Below, one piece after another: positions 19,952 to 30,104 of a stretch of DNA of 64,000 nt. Position 1 is the first letter of the stretch. Each line of letters begins with the position of its first letter. Both the position numbers and the translations under genes were made by a program. This stretch comes from Nitrosarchaeum sp. (GTDB lineage Archaea; Thermoproteota; Nitrososphaeria; Nitrososphaerales; Nitrosopumilaceae): contig OZ245020.1 in assembly GCA_965223865.1 (NCBI GenBank), forward strand, positions 1,216,001 through 1,280,000. Reading direction: 5' to 3'. The notes beneath the pieces are model-generated. The model was not told where the DNA came from, ran no database searches, and saw only the letters and a program-made list of their open reading frames with translations.

Positions 19952-20074
19952 ATGGCAGAGGCAGGAATAATTACTTTTGGCATTACAATAGGGATGGGAA
20001 TCGTATTGACAATCGTATGTTTCTCAATCCAAAGTAAGTGGAAAACAAAATCTCTTGAGAAAGCAAAAACATAG
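19952..20074 (+). CDS. Single-TM microprotein divergent from amt (40 aa)
   Basis: MAEAGIITFGITIGMGIVLTIVCFSIQSKWKTKSLEKAKT; TTTATT about 29 nt upstream. Confidence 0.5.
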   Translation: MAEAGIITFGITIGMGIVLTIVCFSIQSKWKTKSLEKAKT

Positions 20075-20446
20075 ACTCGCATCAATCATCAAACTGTTTG
20101 TCACCTGTATTATTAAGAACCGTTTCCTTTTGAGAGGTACCTTCGCTAGACAAATATCAACTCTATATTCACGACACAATTCCTATTATACATTATTTGA
20201 GTTAAATGACAAAAAAAATGTAAAAATTCAAAAGTTCGTGGATACAGTCACATGACTTTTAACTTCTGCATTGGCATTTTTGTATTTATATTTGAAAGGC
20301 AATCAAGATGTAAAAGAATGGTCAGAATCAGAAAATATTGAAACTGCAAACCGACACGTAGCAGAATGGGATTGAAAGTAATCGCAGGAATAATCAGGCT
20401 CAATCGAAAGTTGCAATTGGCCTATATTGTTTGATGAAATTGTCCT

Positions 20447-20983
20447 TTACGGTTTCCATATGGTATCGTCTTTGCCTTTCCTTTTGTTGATGGTTCGGGC
20501 CAAAACAAATAACAAATCAGATAATCTGTTTAGATATTTTATAGCATTTTCATTAAGTTCTTCGGTCTGTTTAACTACAACTGCATAAGATTCTGCTCTT
20601 CTAATAATTGCTCGTGTTAAATGAATTTGCGATGCAGCAACATCTCCACCTGGCAGAATAAAGTTTTGCAGAGGTTCTAATTGACTTTCAAATCTGTCTA
20701 TTGTTTTCTCTAAATTATCTATCATTTGAGTTGTGACTCGATTTTTTGAATTTTCTAGATTGGGATTTGATAAGTCTGAACCAACTATAAACAAATCATT
20801 TTGTATCAATGTCAATATTTCAATTAGTTCATCATCCAAATTATGGCTTAATACAATTCCAAGTGACGCATTGGCCTCATCAACTGCACCATATGCAACA
20901 ATTCTTGGATCTGACTTTAAAACTCTAATATCTCCCTGCAAACCAGTTGTGCCATCATCTCCAGTTTTTGTATAAATTTTCAT
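20447..20983 (-). CDS. pduO: PduO-type ATP:cob(I)alamin adenosyltransferase
   Basis: KIYTKTGDDGTT, YGAVDEAN, FILPGG, RRAE, YLNRLSDLLF. Confidence 0.96.
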   Translation of the reverse strand: MKIYTKTGDDGTTGLQGDIRVLKSDPRIVAYGAVDEANASLGIVLSHNLDDELIEILTLIQNDLFIVGSDLSNPNLENSKNRVTTQMIDNLEKTIDRFESQLEPLQNFILPGGDVAASQIHLTRAIIRRAESYAVVVKQTEELNENAIKYLNRLSDLLFVLARTINKRKGKDDTIWKP

Positions 20984-21129
20984 TAAATTTGAGTGAAGTA
21001 TCTTAGCTATTATGTTATTCGGATTATGCATTCAATTCTAAAGATGACATTAGCGAAATATTGAATCGCTAAATAATGAGATTTATCATTTCATAGTTCT
21101 GATTTATTAGAAGGAAAATATCAAAAAAC

Positions 21130-21660
21130 TTGAAGTTGCTCTTAGAATTTTTTAATACGGTTGCAAATTTGAAGACTATTCCAAGACAAGGATGGATTGA
21201 CAAATTAGAATTAGAAAACCCCGAATCAGTATCAGATCATACTTACTCTATGACAATGATGGCCTTGATTTTTTCTGAGATTAAAAAATTAGATGCCCTA
21301 AAGGTGCTCAAAATGAGTTTGATTCATGACTTGGCAGAGTCTCATACTGGTGATTTAACACCAACTGAAATATCAAAAGATGAAAAAATAAAATTAGAAA
21401 AAAAGACTATGGAAAAAATACTTCAGAACCTTCCTGAAGAACAAAGATACCAACTCTCAGAAATTTGGAGGGAGTTTTTAGAACAAAAAACACCTGAATC
21501 CATTATGGTTCATGAGATTGACAAATTAGAGATGGCATTACAAGCTATAATTTATAAAAACAAAGGCAATCAAACCGTTCAATCTTTTTTACAATCCGCT
21601 GAAAAGGAGATTAAAATACCAGAATTAAAAGAATTATTTAGAAAAATAATTAATCAGTAA
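21130..21660 (+). CDS. HD-domain hydrolase (YfbR/HDDC2-like)
   Basis: RQGW, ESVSDH, IHDLAES, DKLE. Confidence 0.92.
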   Translation: MKLLLEFFNTVANLKTIPRQGWIDKLELENPESVSDHTYSMTMMALIFSEIKKLDALKVLKMSLIHDLAESHTGDLTPTEISKDEKIKLEKKTMEKILQNLPEEQRYQLSEIWREFLEQKTPESIMVHEIDKLEMALQAIIYKNKGNQTVQSFLQSAEKEIKIPELKELFRKIINQ

Positions 21661-21665
21661 TAGAC

Positions 21666-21899
21666 ATGTCTGAGAAAAGTAAAGATGAATTAATAGATGC
21701 TCAAAAACAAGTAATTGGAATTCTTTTTGAGGTGATTAAGAGACTACAGGAAAACAATAACCTTGATGAAGAGTATTTCAATATTATTAGTGCTGAAAAC
21801 AAATCCGACAAAAATGAAAAAAGACTGGAAGAAATTCTTAATGAAAGAACTGAAAATGCAAAAATTGTTGGAAGATTACTTTCTCAACTAGAAGTTTAA
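21666..21899 (+). CDS. Hypothetical protein
   Basis: 77 aa ORF directly after HD gene. Confidence 0.7.
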   Translation: MSEKSKDELIDAQKQVIGILFEVIKRLQENNNLDEEYFNIISAENKSDKNEKRLEEILNERTENAKIVGRLLSQLEV

Positions 21900-22201
21900 T
21901 TTCCACAACTACAGGAATCTTCATCTTTTGAGATAATTTTTAGTCTAGCGGTTTGTTCAAATTTATCTTGAACATAATGAGAAAGATTTGTAATTCTTAT
22001 TCGTGAATTTTTGTTAGACCATGTACCTTCATTTTCAAACCATGATTCAATGTCATCAACATCATAACGTTCACCACTATTCAAAATTTCATTGAAAATC
22101 TCTTTGATTTCCTTAATCTCTTGTTCTTTTAGATTATTCTTGTCTTCAATCAGAGTTGTAATCTCATTTAGTTTAATTATGACATTGTTGGTAAGGGGCA
22201 C
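21896..22201 (-). CDS. Hypothetical protein
   Basis: 101 aa ORF ending SCSCGN. Confidence 0.7.
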   Translation of the reverse strand: MPLTNNVIIKLNEITTLIEDKNNLKEQEIKEIKEIFNEILNSGERYDVDDIESWFENEGTWSNKNSRIRITNLSHYVQDKFEQTARLKIISKDEDSCSCGN

Positions 22202-22275
22202 AGTTTAATCGTAATTGCAAAGATATAACAACTTTTCAGATATCGTTTTTATAATAACTGATACTTCTTTGAATC

Positions 22276-22623
22276 ATGCAATATTTTCAGGCCTTAAAAT
22301 TAGGTCAAAAAAGGGTGGCTAAAGCAAGAGAATATCTCAATGAACTAACCAATGGAAAAGCTATGCCTGCATTGGCATTGTCTGATAACAAGTCAAATGT
22401 ATGGAATCCTGTGGGAGAAGAAAATCTCTATGCATTTGTGGATGAATCTGCAGGATTTGTACTTACTGATAATAGTGGATTTATTTTGGCACTTGTGGAT
22501 GATAAAGGATTTTCGAAGACAATTGTACAGGGTGTTACAAACGAACAAAAAGAGATTTTAGAAAAAAAATTCCATGAAGACAATATCGCTGAATACAAAG
22601 GTAAAGTGACCTTACCAGTATAG
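22276..22623 (+). CDS. Hypothetical protein
   Basis: 115 aa ORF with TTTTTATA promoter upstream. Confidence 0.75.
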   Translation: MQYFQALKLGQKRVAKAREYLNELTNGKAMPALALSDNKSNVWNPVGEENLYAFVDESAGFVLTDNSGFILALVDDKGFSKTIVQGVTNEQKEILEKKFHEDNIAEYKGKVTLPV

Positions 22624-22694
22624 AAAAAATTAACAAATTTTGTGCCTAGTTTTATCCCCAAACGTTTTTGAATGAATGTCCTAGTTTGTAATTA

Positions 22695-23918
22695 TTGAAA
22701 AAACATTCTCAAGAAGTAGAGGTTAGTGGACATTTAATTGACTCTATGATCTTAACAAAGATCTTTGATAAAATCATGAATCAAGGAGGAGAATTTGAAA
22801 TCCTGAAACTTGATGTAGGTAAAAGAAAAAAAGATTCTAGTCATGCAAGATTGTTAGTTTCTGGAAAAAATCCAAAACATCTTGAAGAAATTTTAGATGA
22901 TATCCATAGAGATGGAGCTACTCCAAAAATTGAAAAACAGATCAGACTAAAGAAAGCTTCAAAAGATATGGTGCTGCCAGATGATTTCTATAGTACAACA
23001 AATAATGATACCTGGCTTTTTCATAACAATCAATGGATTCTAGTAGAGAATCAAATGATGGATAAGTGCATTGTAGTAAAAGAAAATCGAGCTTTTTGTG
23101 TTCCTATTAGAGATGTGAAAAAAAATGATCAAATAGTAGTTGATGAAATTGGAGTTAAAGTATCTCCTCCTGAACGTCCAAGAGACAAGGCAAACATTTT
23201 TGCATTTATGGGAAGCAGTAGTTCTAGTGAAAGACCTACACAGCATATTGCAAAAAAAGTAGCACAGGATATTCTAGATACAAAAAAGAAAGGAGGCAAA
23301 ATAATCATAGTTGGTGGTCCAGCTATAGTACATACAGGAGCTGCAAGCTCTGTTGCAGAATTAATTAGAAGTGGTTACATTCATGGCGTTCTAGCAGGAA
23401 ATGCGTTGGCAGTTCATGACATAGAATATGCAACATTAGGCACATCTCTAGGAATGTACGTTCATGACGCTACTCTTGCAAAAAGAGGACATAGAAATCA
23501 CATGGATACCATTAACGCAGTTTTTAAGGCAGGATCCATACCAAAGATGGTAAAAAGTGGCAAACTAAAAAAAGGAATCTTTTATGAATGTGTGAAAAAA
23601 AATGTTCCATTTGTTCTTGCAAGTTCAATTCGAGATGATGGCCCATTACCTGATGTAATCACTGATGTTGCAGAGGCTCAAAGAGAATACAAAAAAGTTC
23701 TAAAAGATGCAAGTATGGTAATTATGATTTCTACTATGCTTCATTCAATAGCCACTGGAAATATGCTGCCTGCAAATGTCAAAGTAATAGTAGTTGATAT
23801 CAATCAGCCAACTGTTACCAAACTGATGGATAGAGGAACATGGCAAGCTTTAGGAATTGTATCTGATGTTGGTGCATTTTTGCCATTGGTTGCCCAAGAG
23901 ATAAAGAAACTCAAATAA
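22695..23918 (+). CDS. TIGR00300 / LOR-SDH family protein (ornithine cyclodeaminase-like)
   Basis: GHLIDS, FYSTTN, GPAIVHTG, GNALAVHDIE, SIRDDGPLP, MLHSIATGNM. Confidence 0.9.
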   Translation: MKKHSQEVEVSGHLIDSMILTKIFDKIMNQGGEFEILKLDVGKRKKDSSHARLLVSGKNPKHLEEILDDIHRDGATPKIEKQIRLKKASKDMVLPDDFYSTTNNDTWLFHNNQWILVENQMMDKCIVVKENRAFCVPIRDVKKNDQIVVDEIGVKVSPPERPRDKANIFAFMGSSSSSERPTQHIAKKVAQDILDTKKKGGKIIIVGGPAIVHTGAASSVAELIRSGYIHGVLAGNALAVHDIEYATLGTSLGMYVHDATLAKRGHRNHMDTINAVFKAGSIPKMVKSGKLKKGIFYECVKKNVPFVLASSIRDDGPLPDVITDVAEAQREYKKVLKDASMVIMISTMLHSIATGNMLPANVKVIVVDINQPTVTKLMDRGTWQALGIVSDVGAFLPLVAQEIKKLK

Positions 23919-24101
23919 TTTTTAAACAATATTTTAAATTATTTTAAAAAATTTTAATTCTTCACATAATGCTTTAGAATTAATTAAAGAATAGATCTAC
24001 AGTCATACGTTTGAGTTTTCTTTTATTTTTAACCTTTACTTAGAATAAATCTGGATGAATAATACGCGGCTCTTAAATGAAAAAATAAAAAAAATATCTT
24101 A

Positions 24102-25039
24102 ATGAATAAGAATGGGTATGGGCCTTATTCGTTGTCAATAATAGCAATTGCAATGGTTGCATTTACACCTGCAGCATTTGCTGAAGTAACTGATCTTCAA
24201 ACAAATTCAGAATTATTTTTCAAAGATCAAAGTATTGTTTTCAACGGTAAAGTTGAACCAAATTCATCAGGATTAGTGACGATAGTAATCAGGAACTCAA
24301 ATGATCAATTTGTAATGTTGGCACAAGCCATCACTGATGAAAATTATTCTTTTGAAAAAAAATCAAGATAAATGAAAAATTTACTGATGATGGAATCTAT
24401 GATGCAACTGGATTTATTTTGAATATGACTGCAGGTGTCACTACTAGCTTTGAGGTTTCAACAAATGGAAATCCTGTATTTGTTGATGAGGATCTCATAA
24501 TCCCTGAACCCCAAATAGAGGAGCTCCCAATCCCTGAGCCATCAATAAAAAACATCGATTTTGTTGATCCATCTAAAGATCCACAGTACTATTTGGATAG
24601 ATACTATAATGAACCTGGTTACAAATCCTGGTTTGATAGGAATTATCCTGGATTTACAATAGAAGAAGCAGTAGGATATGATAATCAAAATGCAAAAACT
24701 ACTGTAGAACAATTTATGGAAAATGAAATCTTACCTGAGGCCGAGGCTGCATCATTAATTCAATCAAACCCACAACCTGCAAATAATGCAGAAAATGCCC
24801 AGATCATCCTTGCTGTAGGTGGATTGGGATTATTGTTTGCTGCAGTTTATGGAATCAAAAGAAAAGTCGATAACAATTCAAGACAAATATCAATTAACAA
24901 AGACCTTATCCGAAAAAAGATCATAAATCCCTTTATTGGTTCTACTCCATCTAATATTCTTCAAACAAGATTAGCTAAAGGAGAGATATCTTTAGAAGAA
25001 TTTGATAGACTAGAAAGAAAACTTAACAAAAAATACTAA
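24102..25039 (+). pseudogene. Secreted/membrane protein with C-terminal SHOCT domain, split by a one-base deficit in A8 (possible sequencing error)
   Basis: Adding one A at 24355-24362 joins 24102..24371 and 24419..25039; signal peptide, TM helix, RLAKGEISLEEF. Confidence 0.7.
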
Positions 25040-26394
25040 TTTGTAACACTCAAACTGTCTTTTTTTGTATTTAATCTATTTTGATTTTCTTTTTTGAGAT
25101 TTTCAAAGAATTTTGCAATCATATCAATCCCTGCAACTATTCTAGGAGCATTATTTTTTGCAAATTCAATATTGTCTGAATATGTTTTTGGTTTTTGATT
25201 TTGATAGTTTTCATATACTTTAGAACCGTTATAGTCAACGTAAGCAATTCTTGCACTGTAATCTGTTCTCTCTAAAACCAGACTATCTCCGCCTACTATA
25301 GCAGTATGATAGGGATGAGCAATTAGTGATTCTGAAAGCCTTTGAGATGTTGTAATTTTTGCTTTTTGAAGTTCAGGTGCAAATGCATTAAAATCTGCAA
25401 GCAGATAAAATGTTGCCTCTGGTTTAGTGGTCTTTATTCCTTCAATCTCTGATAATCTGTTATAGGTATAGTCTCCCATAATTTTGTGAATGTTTCTTGT
25501 AATCTCAAAATATTCATTCATTTCACTACTAATCTCAAATCCTGCAATCGCTGCATATTGTATTGGAGTGGAAACTGCAGTGTATTCAGTGGCAAGTATT
25601 TTTTTAAATTGTGCCTTAAGTTCAACTGCATGTTGTGGAAAAATAACATATCCTAATCTGTACCCTCCTGCAGCATGAGATTTTGATAATCCATTTGTAA
25701 CAAAGGTTCCTTCAGGATAGATTTTTCCCATGCTGACAAATTTTGAGAAATCAAATGTTGTTTGAGCATAAATTTCATCTGAAATTACTGTAATTGATTG
25801 CTCTCTGCAAACATCTGTAATCTCTTCTAACTCTAATTTGTCATAAAGCAATCCCGTAGGATTGTGAGGATTGTTTAGAATCAGGATCTTTTGTCTGTCG
25901 TGTAATCTGAGAGCAAGCTTTCTAAGATCCCTTGGGGAGATCTTTTTGTTTGCTCTAGTAGGCAGCATGTGATAATTTTTCTTTAAGAATCTAATCTGAG
26001 GAAGATACCCAAGCCAAGCAGGAGTTGGAAGAATTACAGTCCCATGCAATATTTCAAGTAAGTTAAAAATTAGCTCTTTTGTTCCAGGACCTACATAGAT
26101 TCTTTTTGGATCAATATCAATTCCAAAATAATGTTTGTTGTATTTTGATATGGCATCTCGTAAATCTGGAATTCCTGGAACATCTGCATATGTACCTTTG
26201 TTGGCATTTTTTATCAAAGCATTTTGAATCAATTTTGGAACTGAAAAAGGAGATTGCCCAAAAGCAAATCCATAAAATCCAAAACTACATTCTGGATGCA
26301 AACAATCAGAGTGAAACTCCTGCAAAAATGTATTTAGCTTAAGATTTTCAGGCAGTTCAATATCTTCAACTTGTTGGTCAACAACAAATTTCAT
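25036..26394 (-). CDS. PLP-dependent aminotransferase class I/II
   Basis: NNPHNPTG, SDEIY, GLSKSHAAGGYRLG. Confidence 0.94.
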   Translation of the reverse strand: MKFVVDQQVEDIELPENLKLNTFLQEFHSDCLHPECSFGFYGFAFGQSPFSVPKLIQNALIKNANKGTYADVPGIPDLRDAISKYNKHYFGIDIDPKRIYVGPGTKELIFNLLEILHGTVILPTPAWLGYLPQIRFLKKNYHMLPTRANKKISPRDLRKLALRLHDRQKILILNNPHNPTGLLYDKLELEEITDVCREQSITVISDEIYAQTTFDFSKFVSMGKIYPEGTFVTNGLSKSHAAGGYRLGYVIFPQHAVELKAQFKKILATEYTAVSTPIQYAAIAGFEISSEMNEYFEITRNIHKIMGDYTYNRLSEIEGIKTTKPEATFYLLADFNAFAPELQKAKITTSQRLSESLIAHPYHTAIVGGDSLVLERTDYSARIAYVDYNGSKVYENYQNQKPKTYSDNIEFAKNNAPRIVAGIDMIAKFFENLKKENQNRLNTKKDSLSVTN

Positions 26395-26464
26395 GGTTCA
26401 TGTTATTTATGCTAAAATATAGTACAGAGATGTGAATTAGAAAATATCAATATGTTAGATTTTA

Positions 26465-28390
26465 TCAACCTAATTTTGGAATCTCATTTAATACCTGAGG
26501 GTTTTCTAATGATGAAAAATCCCCCATTGGTGTGCCTAGGAGTTTTGCCTTTAGTAGTCTTCTCATAATTTTACCTGTTCTGGTCTTTGGAAGTTCTGAT
26601 ATTTGGAAAATTAGTTTGGGCCTAGCTAATTTGCCAATTTTTTTAGAAATATAATTTGACATTTCTGATTCCAAACCTGTTTCTGCTTTGTTATCTGTAA
26701 CATAAAAAACAACAATTGCCTCGCCTGTAATTTCATCAGGAATAGCAATCGATGCTGCATCTGAAATTTTTGGATGTGAAATTACAGTATGTTCAATTTC
26801 TGCAGTGCTCATTCTGTGTCCTGAAACATTAATGACATCATCTGTTCTTCCTTGCATATACCACAGTCGATCTTTATCAACATGAACATAGTCTCCATGA
26901 AACCACATATTTTCAAATCTTGACCAATAAGTCTCAATGTATCTTTGATCATCATTTAACAATCCCTTTGTCATTGCAGGCCATGCAGATTTTATTACAA
27001 GGTATCCGTTTTTTTGTCTAACTGAATTTCCCTCATCATCAAACACATCAAGATTCATTCCCGGACACGGAATACCAACAGTTGATGGTTTTAATTTCAT
27101 GCCAGGAAATACAGAAAGCATTGCACCACCAATTTCTGTCCCTCCTGACAAATTCATTATTGGAATTTTCTTGTTTCCAACTTTTTCAAAAAGCCACCAC
27201 CAAGAATCTTCATCTAGGGGTTCTCCAGTAGTTGGAATATTTTTGATCTTCTCAAGTGAATGATTTGAGCGTGGTTCAATGTTGTTTTTCTTGAACATTC
27301 TAACTGCTGTTGGAGAAATTCCAAAGATTGTGGCATTATACTCATCAAGCATGTTCCAAATTCTGTTAAAATCAGGATAATCAATACTACCATCATAAAT
27401 TACTGCACAGGCTCCAATCATTAACAGACCATAAACATTCCATACAAGACCTGTAATCCATCCAATATCAGCTGGCCATAAAATCACATCTTTTTTTGTC
27501 GTATCTATAAGATAGGCAGCTTGATGTCCTGCAAAAACAGAAAATCCACCATGTACATGTACTACTCCTTTTGGTTTGCCTGTTGTGCCTGAAGTGTACA
27601 AGATAAAAAGAGGGTCTTCAGAATCCATAATCTCAGTAGAACATTTTGAATCTTGCTTTGCCACAAGTTCATCATAACAAACAATTTTTTCAGATTTTTG
27701 GTATTTGTCTACTTCTTTGTATGAAACAAGAATAATTTTTTCAATCTCTGTATCTCTTGTTGCATCTTCAATTATTTTTTTTTGAGAAATTTTTTTTCCT
27801 TTTCTTTCAAATCCATCTGAAACAAAAAGAATTTTTGCTTTACAATCTTGTAATCTTATTTGTAAAGATTCTGAACTGTATCCCGAGAAAATAACCGTTT
27901 GAATGGCACCAATTTTTGCAGATGCCAGAATTGCCAAAATGGATTCTTCAATCATAGGCAAATATATTGCTACTATGTCTCCTTTTTTGACTCCCAACTC
28001 TTTTAGACCGTTTGCCAGCTTTGAAACTTTGGCATCAAGTTCAGAATAAGTAATATGTGAAGTTTGTCCGTCTTCTGATTCAAAATAATATGCAATTTTT
28101 TTAGGATTTGATTTTACAATTTTTTCAACAGAAGATTTGTAAATGTTTGTCTTGCCTCCTACAAACCATCGTGACCATGCTATCCCTTTTGAAATGTCAA
28201 GAACCTTCTCGTATGGTTTGTCCCATACAATTCCTATGTCTTTATCAACTTGTTGCCAAAACCATTCGAGATCTTGATTTGCTTTGTTTGAAAGTTCTTC
28301 AATTGATGAAATTTTGTTTTTTTGCATAAAACGAAAAATATTTGATTGTCTTTTCTGTTCTTCAGTTGGGACAAAAACAAAATCAGACAA
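26465..28390 (-). CDS. acs: AMP-forming acyl/acetyl-CoA synthetase
   Basis: YTSGTTGKPKG, GRTDDVINVSGHR, PKTRTGKIMRR. Confidence 0.92.
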   Translation of the reverse strand: MSDFVFVPTEEQKRQSNIFRFMQKNKISSIEELSNKANQDLEWFWQQVDKDIGIVWDKPYEKVLDISKGIAWSRWFVGGKTNIYKSSVEKIVKSNPKKIAYYFESEDGQTSHITYSELDAKVSKLANGLKELGVKKGDIVAIYLPMIEESILAILASAKIGAIQTVIFSGYSSESLQIRLQDCKAKILFVSDGFERKGKKISQKKIIEDATRDTEIEKIILVSYKEVDKYQKSEKIVCYDELVAKQDSKCSTEIMDSEDPLFILYTSGTTGKPKGVVHVHGGFSVFAGHQAAYLIDTTKKDVILWPADIGWITGLVWNVYGLLMIGACAVIYDGSIDYPDFNRIWNMLDEYNATIFGISPTAVRMFKKNNIEPRSNHSLEKIKNIPTTGEPLDEDSWWWLFEKVGNKKIPIMNLSGGTEIGGAMLSVFPGMKLKPSTVGIPCPGMNLDVFDDEGNSVRQKNGYLVIKSAWPAMTKGLLNDDQRYIETYWSRFENMWFHGDYVHVDKDRLWYMQGRTDDVINVSGHRMSTAEIEHTVISHPKISDAASIAIPDEITGEAIVVFYVTDNKAETGLESEMSNYISKKIGKLARPKLIFQISELPKTRTGKIMRRLLKAKLLGTPMGDFSSLENPQVLNEIPKLG

Positions 28391-28434
28391 GATTAATTTT
28401 TAAAAATTTAATCAATGTAAAAAGATTTTTTTGA

Positions 28435-28698
28435 TCAGAATATTTCTACTCCTAGTCTTCTTGCACAGGCAATTGCTGCTTTTCCATCATTTTCTGAAAT
28501 TCCATTTTTTTTGAATTTTTCAGTCCATCCTGTTTTGACTCCCATTGTGTTTTCTCTAAAATATTCTCGCAAAATGATCCCTATTTGAGAGTCTAATCGA
28601 GTTTTTGTAGCCTCATTCATGCCTGACTGTAAAATAGTAGAATCAGTTGTTGCTAATATCTTGATAAATTCAATATCTTCTAAAGAAAGTTCTCTCAT
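28435..28698 (-). CDS. Hypothetical protein
   Basis: 87 aa ORF overlapping gatB stop by 4 nt. Confidence 0.75.
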   Translation of the reverse strand: MRELSLEDIEFIKILATTDSTILQSGMNEATKTRLDSQIGIILREYFRENTMGVKTGWTEKFKKNGISENDGKAAIACARRLGVEIF

Positions 28699-30104
28699 GT
28701 ATTTTCAATTTTCTTTTTGAGCAAATCTAATGTAGTCTTTGGGTCTGCCTTTCCTTTTGTTTTTTGCATTACTTTTCCTACAAGATAATTTATGGTTTGA
28801 GGATTTGATTTTGCTTGCTCTACTGCCTGTGTTTCTTCTGAAATTATCTCATCTATTATTTTCATGAGTTCTGATTCATCAGAAACATTTCCAAGATCAA
28901 ATTCTGCAATAATCTCAGATAGGTTTTTTCCTGTTTTTATAATTTCAGACAATGCATTCTTGGCTGAATTTCTTGTAATTTTTGCCGACTGAATTGCATC
29001 GGCTAACTCCATTAGATGATTTGCAGAAAGTTTTGATTGTTCTCTTTTTTCCCTGGTGTCTACAAGCCCCATCAAATCTGTGGTAATAATATTTGCAATC
29101 TCTTTTGCATTTTTTTCATTATGTGACTCTTCAAACAAATCTGAATAAAATTTATCTGAAGATAAAACCTCTGCTACTTGTACAGGAATTCCATATCGTG
29201 AAACATAGCGTTCTTTTTTAGAACTAACACTCTCTGGCATTTCTTTTTTTAATTTTTCTTGGGTCTCTTTTTCTATTCTAATCCATGGAATGTCTCCTTC
29301 AAGAAAATACCTATAGTCTAATTCCTCTTCTTTTGATCTAGCTGAAATGGTAATTTTTCTTCTATCATCCCAATGCCTTGTCTCTTGTACAATTGGAATA
29401 TCTCTAGAGTGTAAGCTTTCTTGTCTTGTTATCTCAAAATGAACTGCTTTTTCTAAATCATGAAATGAACCAATATTTTTGATTTCAACTTTGTTTCCAC
29501 CTTCTATTGATACATTTGCATCTGCTCTCATAGCTCCTTCCAGACTAGGGTCTGAGACACCTAGATTTTCCAACAAATCTGATAAAATATTTAGAAATTC
29601 TCTTACTTGCTTGGGATTTTCAAAATCAGGCTCTGTGACAATTTCAACTAGTGGTGTGCCTGCACGGTTATAATCAACTAGCGTAATTTGATTTTTCAAA
29701 GAACTTCCCTCATAGATTAGTCGTCCTGGGTCTTCTTCAAGTTGAACTCGGGTTATTCTGATTTTCTTGTCTCCTACCATAATGTGTCCTGAACCGCCAA
29801 CACTGGTATCCCCAAAAATGTTAAGTTGTGTAATTTGAAAATTTTTTGGCAAATCTGGATAAAAGTAATTCTTTCTAAAAAATGCAATTTTTTCTGGGGT
29901 TGTGCAGTTTAAGGCCATTGCTATCATTGTTGCTTTTTCAACTGCCTTTTGATTTAATCTTGGTAAGCTTCCTGGCAAACCCATACAAACAGGGCAAATG
30001 TTTGTGTTTGGTTCATAATCTCTATAATCTGCCTTGCATGAGCAAAACAACTTACTTTCAAGCTTTGTTAGCTGACAGTGAATCTCTAATCCTATTTTTG
30101 TCAA
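28695..30104 (-). CDS. gatB: Asp/Glu-tRNA amidotransferase subunit B
   Basis: IGLEIHCQL, RKNYFYPDLPK, DYNRAGTPLVEIVTEPD. Confidence 0.98.
   Translation of the reverse strand: MTKIGLEIHCQLTKLESKLFCSCKADYRDYEPNTNICPVCMGLPGSLPRLNQKAVEKATMIAMALNCTTPEKIAFFRKNYFYPDLPKNFQITQLNIFGDTSVGGSGHIMVGDKKIRITRVQLEEDPGRLIYEGSSLKNQITLVDYNRAGTPLVEIVTEPDFENPKQVREFLNILSDLLENLGVSDPSLEGAMRADANVSIEGGNKVEIKNIGSFHDLEKAVHFEITRQESLHSRDIPIVQETRHWDDRRKITISARSKEEELDYRYFLEGDIPWIRIEKETQEKLKKEMPESVSSKKERYVSRYGIPVQVAEVLSSDKFYSDLFEESHNEKNAKEIANIITTDLMGLVDTREKREQSKLSANHLMELADAIQSAKITRNSAKNALSEIIKTGKNLSEIIAEFDLGNVSDESELMKIIDEIISEETQAVEQAKSNPQTINYLVGKVMQKTKGKADPKTTLDLLKKKIENT

Noticed and set aside
26465-28390. Acyl-CoA synthetase as a 3HP/4HB carbon-fixation enzyme
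   Set aside because: Thaumarchaeal cycle ligases are ADP-forming; this one is AMP-forming
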